In this document: piece after piece, positions 24,201 through 64,000 of the stretch
Position numbering within the stretch: position 1 is the first letter of the stretch
Layout of the letters: every line of letters starts with the position of its first letter
Assembly: GCF_009914755.1 (NCBI RefSeq)
Contig: NC_060936.1
Direction: 5' to 3' (one strand)
From: the human T2T-CHM13v2.0 reference genome, Homo sapiens
Length of the DNA: 64,000 bases
Position numbers and translations under genes: made by a program
Notes under the pieces: generated by a model
The model's database searches: none
What the model was told of the DNA's origin: nothing
Seen by the model: only the letters and a program-made list of their open reading frames with translations

Positions 24201-27200
24201 ATTTCCTTTTTATTCAACGGAGAGGGTTGTAGTAATCAAGACTATAGTACTTTTTCTGGCATTGATGAAGCTGCTATTCTAGGAGACCATAGTATGCCCT
24301 CAAGTTTCTATTTGTTCAGCATGTGCATAGTACACAGTATCTGCAAAGGCATTGAGATATGTGGCGATATTGCAGTCTTGTTGGGGGTGGGGGTGAGGAG
24401 TAGAACACCAAATATTGAAATCATGATAAAAGGTAGTACATTACTGAGATTCTGAGAAGGGGGATTCTGAGAAGGAGGTCACGATAAACTGCAGTGATTA
24501 GGCATCCTTCATGGTGGTAGCATAGCTGCGAACTGAACCTTCAAGGCAAATTGGAGAAGAAAAACATTCAGGCCTAAAGAAGACCAGAAAGAGCAAGTGC
24601 TCAGTCTTCTGAGAGAATATTTTTGTGTGCTGTAATTGACAGTGGTTCCATGTATACAGAACAAAAAATTGTCATATTAGACTGAAGCTGGCTGTGTTGA
24701 TCCAAAGAAAGCGTAGGAAAGCATCCTGAATATACTATTGCCTGTTTTCCTGACTCATAAATAGCATATCCTTTATTCTCCAAATGCTTAGGACTCTTAA
24801 ACTAGCAAAGCATATACTTTGAAGTTTATAAACGTATAGATGTGTTTGCAAGTTTTTCCTTTTTATCTGAGAATTCATAACATGATAAACTTTATTTCTG
24901 TGTAAGAGAATGGAAAACAGTTTACATTTGAGAAAAGATCAGTAAAACTAGTAACATTTTTGGAATTGGTGGGGGTAGAGGAAGGGAGGGATTTGGAGGA
25001 GAAGCATTGTGTGTCTTATAAGAAATTATCACAAGATAATTTGTTCCTTGCAACAAGGTGTGATTAGGAACCATTGGAAAATTTTGAGGATTCTAATGAA
25101 ACATTTAAGGAATTTGATTTTTACAGTTAGTAGGATAGTTTAAAGGGAAAAGAAGTCAAAATATTAAGGACCTTTACAAAGAAAAGCTTGGTATATTTGA
25201 GGCTTGAAATAATCTGAACTAAAGTATTGAAGAAGAAATGTCCAAAAAAGCAATAGTGAGAGGCTGTTGGGAGTGTAGGGTTAAAGGAGGACAACAGATC
25301 AAAAATGGCTGCAAGGCTCTGCCTTTAGGGGATGGAAGAGTAAATTTTGAAGTACCGTCTTGGTATTATCATTGCTCTAGGATAAGGGATAAGAGCTGTA
25401 ATTCACTCTCAGGTCCCTCCCTAGTTTTCTAGTGACTGAATAAAGAATGAAGTGGCAAATTTTTGCTGTGGGATGCTTTTGAAACAAGGTTTCTTCTCTT
25501 CGGTTACCTAATTGGGAGAGGGTGTTATATATTTTCACTAGGGGTAACAGTATATGTTGTTTCCATTAAAGACTAGGTAATTTGGATGTGATAGAAGATA
25601 TTGGTGTGTTTTTAGAAATACTGAAATGATTTGGGGAAAGAAAAAATGTATAAAGATACTTTGAAAACTTTGAGGGCTTTTAATTTGTTAGAGTTGCTGT
25701 TTTTGGTTGGTGTTTTCTTGTAAAAACTTAACCCCAAGGATATGTTTTACTTCTGCTGTTGTTAATAGGTCTCTGTTCATTTAATAGGTGGCAATTATCA
25801 TGAGCATTTGGGGAAAAAAATTTTAACGAAGTTTTGTTGGGCAGAAAGTATACTCTTGGCTTTTTTAGGTATGTTATACTCCAGGTATTTTAGACTACAA
25901 GGCAAGAGGCAGAAATCTAGAAGGATACTAGGGGTAGAGCAATATTTTCAGCAAAATTGTTTTCCCCCTCTTCAGCTTTCTCTGTTACCCTATCCCTCTC
26001 CCTTTTTAGTAGCTCAGAACATACCCTCCTCCAGCATCCTGCAAAATTGAACACTTTTGCTTCAGTGTTAACACACAAAGTGAAATAAAGAAGAGTGCCG
26101 AGATAGCACAACAAGCATTTTTCAAGCACTAACTATATATCTAGTACTATGCTTGGTTCTGGGCATGCACATGTGTATAACACACGCTCCCTGTCTTGAG
26201 AAGCCCACAGTAGAGCAGTGTGGTGAACATTGATAATTTACAGTTATGCTTTTATGGAGCTACTCACAGAGCTGATTTTCCATTTGATAGTCTTGACAAA
26301 AAGTAATTTTGTGTATAATCAAAAAAGCAATACTAGCATAGCTTTTTTTCATAGACATTAAAACTTGTTTTTGGAACTGCACACTTATATTTTTAAGAAT
26401 TGTTCTTATAAAGAGCAAATAAAACACCTTTTACACTTTGTATTGTTTGGCTAATTTATTGTCATTTGTTTGGCCAAATGACAAGGCATTTTTTTGGTAG
26501 TACGTTGAGCTAAATATAGCTGTTCAATGTTTATATTGAAAAATTAATATTATTAAAAAGGGTATCTTTTTAGTCCATGTGTTCTGATCCTTAACATTTT
26601 ATTTAATCTTGAAGCTATATTATTTCTTCTCCCTATTCCCCTTTTGAGTACTTTTGATTTTCTGTAATATCTTTCAAAACATTTTCTTTCCCAACATTAA
26701 AACCCTTTTGATGTATAGAGAAATGTCGTTTAAAAATCCATTAGCAAAATCCCTTATGATGATAACAGGATACATTTTTTTTTCCTTGCTCTTTTATTGT
26801 ACCTTGTTAAGCTGGTCTCACATGAACTTTCTTAGAATCAGGCAGTTCCTGGTTCCTATGGGACTTCCTGTTTTCTCAAATAAAAATAGAAAAGCATCTC
26901 AGAAAGGAAACCTGGTCAGTGTGAACTACTTTGTAAGATCAGTTAGTCTTAGTTAGTCTTAGTTGTGGCCTGGATTATATAGATATATAGTCTATATAAA
27001 ATATAAAAGTTTACAGGTATCTGAAAGCTTTGAATATTTTCGTATGTAATATCAAAATAAACAAAATGATAAGGAGAAGACTCTGAATAAAAACCCTGAG
27101 AGGTGCTACATATTCAGCCGTAAACATTTTTGTATCTTAATTTAGAGGTGAAGGAGGGGCATAGGGGTTGGATGGAAAGTGGTAAATCCTTTCCTTATTA

Positions 27201-27479
27201 TGTAATATTTTATTGTAAATTTGGAATTGTTTAATACTGAGACTTAATTCTTAGTTACTTTGATCTGTATTTTTTTTTCTTGCCACTTTTTCAGATGTTG
27301 GCAAGGATTAGGAAGGTGGATTTTTAAAAAATCATTAGAAGTCAGAATTCTAAATGAATTATTCAGTTTTAAAGCATCTTGTAGATTTCTTTCAGTAGTT
27401 AACTGCTTCTTAGTCTATATTATGAAGAGAAATCAAATTAAGGTAGAAACAAATGATATAGTCATTAGCAGTAATAATA

Positions 27480-27725
27480 ATGGATAGTGTGTATTGAGTA
27501 CATATTAAGTGCTTGACACTGTGTCAAACATTTTATCTTGTTTATCTCATTTAATCCTGACAACAACTGTATAAGGTAGGTATCATTGTTATCCATACTC
27601 CTTTAAAGAAGAAACTACAATTTAGAGTAGCTAATTAGATGTTAGTTCAAAGAGACATTACTAATAAGTGGTAGAGGTGGAGCTGGGACTTGAACTCAGC
27701 TTCTGTGATACCAGAGCACCTGATC
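27480..27725 (-). mobile_element. MIR
   Basis: tatctcatttaatcctgacaacaac...aggtaggtatcattgttatcc...gagctgggacttgaactcag. Confidence 0.72.
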
Positions 27726-27945
27726 TCAATGATTGTGAGGAAAACCACTAATTCAAAGTGAGAATGATAAGTATAAGTCTGAAAAATTACTTCCCTAACC
27801 TTTATTATCACCAGTTTGTTTACATTTGGTTCACATATTTATATCCAGTTTTAGCAAAGTACATGCTGGCATTTCAGAGAGTTTGTTTGGGGGATTTTAA
27901 TTCGTAAGTGATGCTAATACTTGTCTTTTTTTCCTTCCTTGATAG

Positions 27946-63344
<35,399 letters not shown>

Positions 63345-64000
63345 AAAGATTTTCTTCCATTTCTAAGACTGTTATTTACAATAGGAAAATTCCTGTTTGG
63401 CTTTTTGTCTTCCTTTTTAAATGCTTTTTGTATGTAATATTTTTATTGATGAATACATCTCTGAACGTTCCAGAAGTCTTAAGGTTCCAAAGGGATTTAG
63501 CAGTGAGGCAGCAATGCTGAGTAGGTAGGATAATTATTTCATTCAGTTTTTGGAGCTCAGTTAAGCCAATACATTTAAAGTTTTGCATGAGGAACACTGA
63601 CTTTATTAAGCATTTTCAGATGTGGTGGTTGTATTTTTGCCCCAAGAAGTGTTTGGATAACCACACAAAAGCATGATGAAAAGGCTTCTTGTAGTCCCAT
63701 AATTTCTTGTGAACTAATGTTGTGAATTTTTGTATACAGTCACCTGCATAGTTCCTACAGGCTAATGTGGTAAAACTGTTGATTTCCCAATTTAACCTTA
63801 GGTTTCTGTTGCTTATAAGCGATTCATTTGCTACGGCTGGAATATGGGAAAATTAATTTGGGCTTAGTGGTTACAAATATGTGTAAGTGGATGTATATGT
63901 ACTTAAACTGGCTTTGTATATATGTATAAATGCTGGTGGTGGTGAAAGTAGTCTTGTTTTATGAGGATGTCTGCATTAAAGCAGTAAAATAAGCTTTCCA
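63345..64000 (+). other. LEMD3: LEMD3 3' UTR (probably continues past the window)
   Basis: Repeat-free U-rich sequence directly after the stop codon in the terminal exon. Confidence 0.9.

Overview
Primate (very likely human) genomic DNA covering the 3' ~64 kb of LEMD3 (MAN1, inner nuclear membrane LEM-domain protein and R-SMAD antagonist) on the + strand. The window starts inside the long intron 1. It contains coding exons 2-13 (1214 coding nt, all GT-AG introns, one continuous frame, stop at 63342-63344) and the first ~650 nt of the 3' UTR. Introns are dense with transposon fossils. These include a ~9 kb two-LTR MER4-group ERV1 provirus (5245-14247, antisense) carrying nested insertions up to three levels deep, several antisense L1s, about 18 Alu/FLAM/FRAM pieces, MaLR and ERV1 solo LTRs, hAT and Tigger MITEs, and one piggyBac MER85. 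Repeat subfamily names come from my recall of consensus sequences and should be confirmed with RepeatMasker/Dfam. I see no evidence for a wholly new gene system. The most notable unexplained structures are several template-switch-like scars (nested palindromes, and a 23-nt segment matching sequence 3 kb away), a near self-complementary 7x26-bp AT-rich array, a TAGTAG tandem acceptor at exon 2, and candidate alternative-processing routes.
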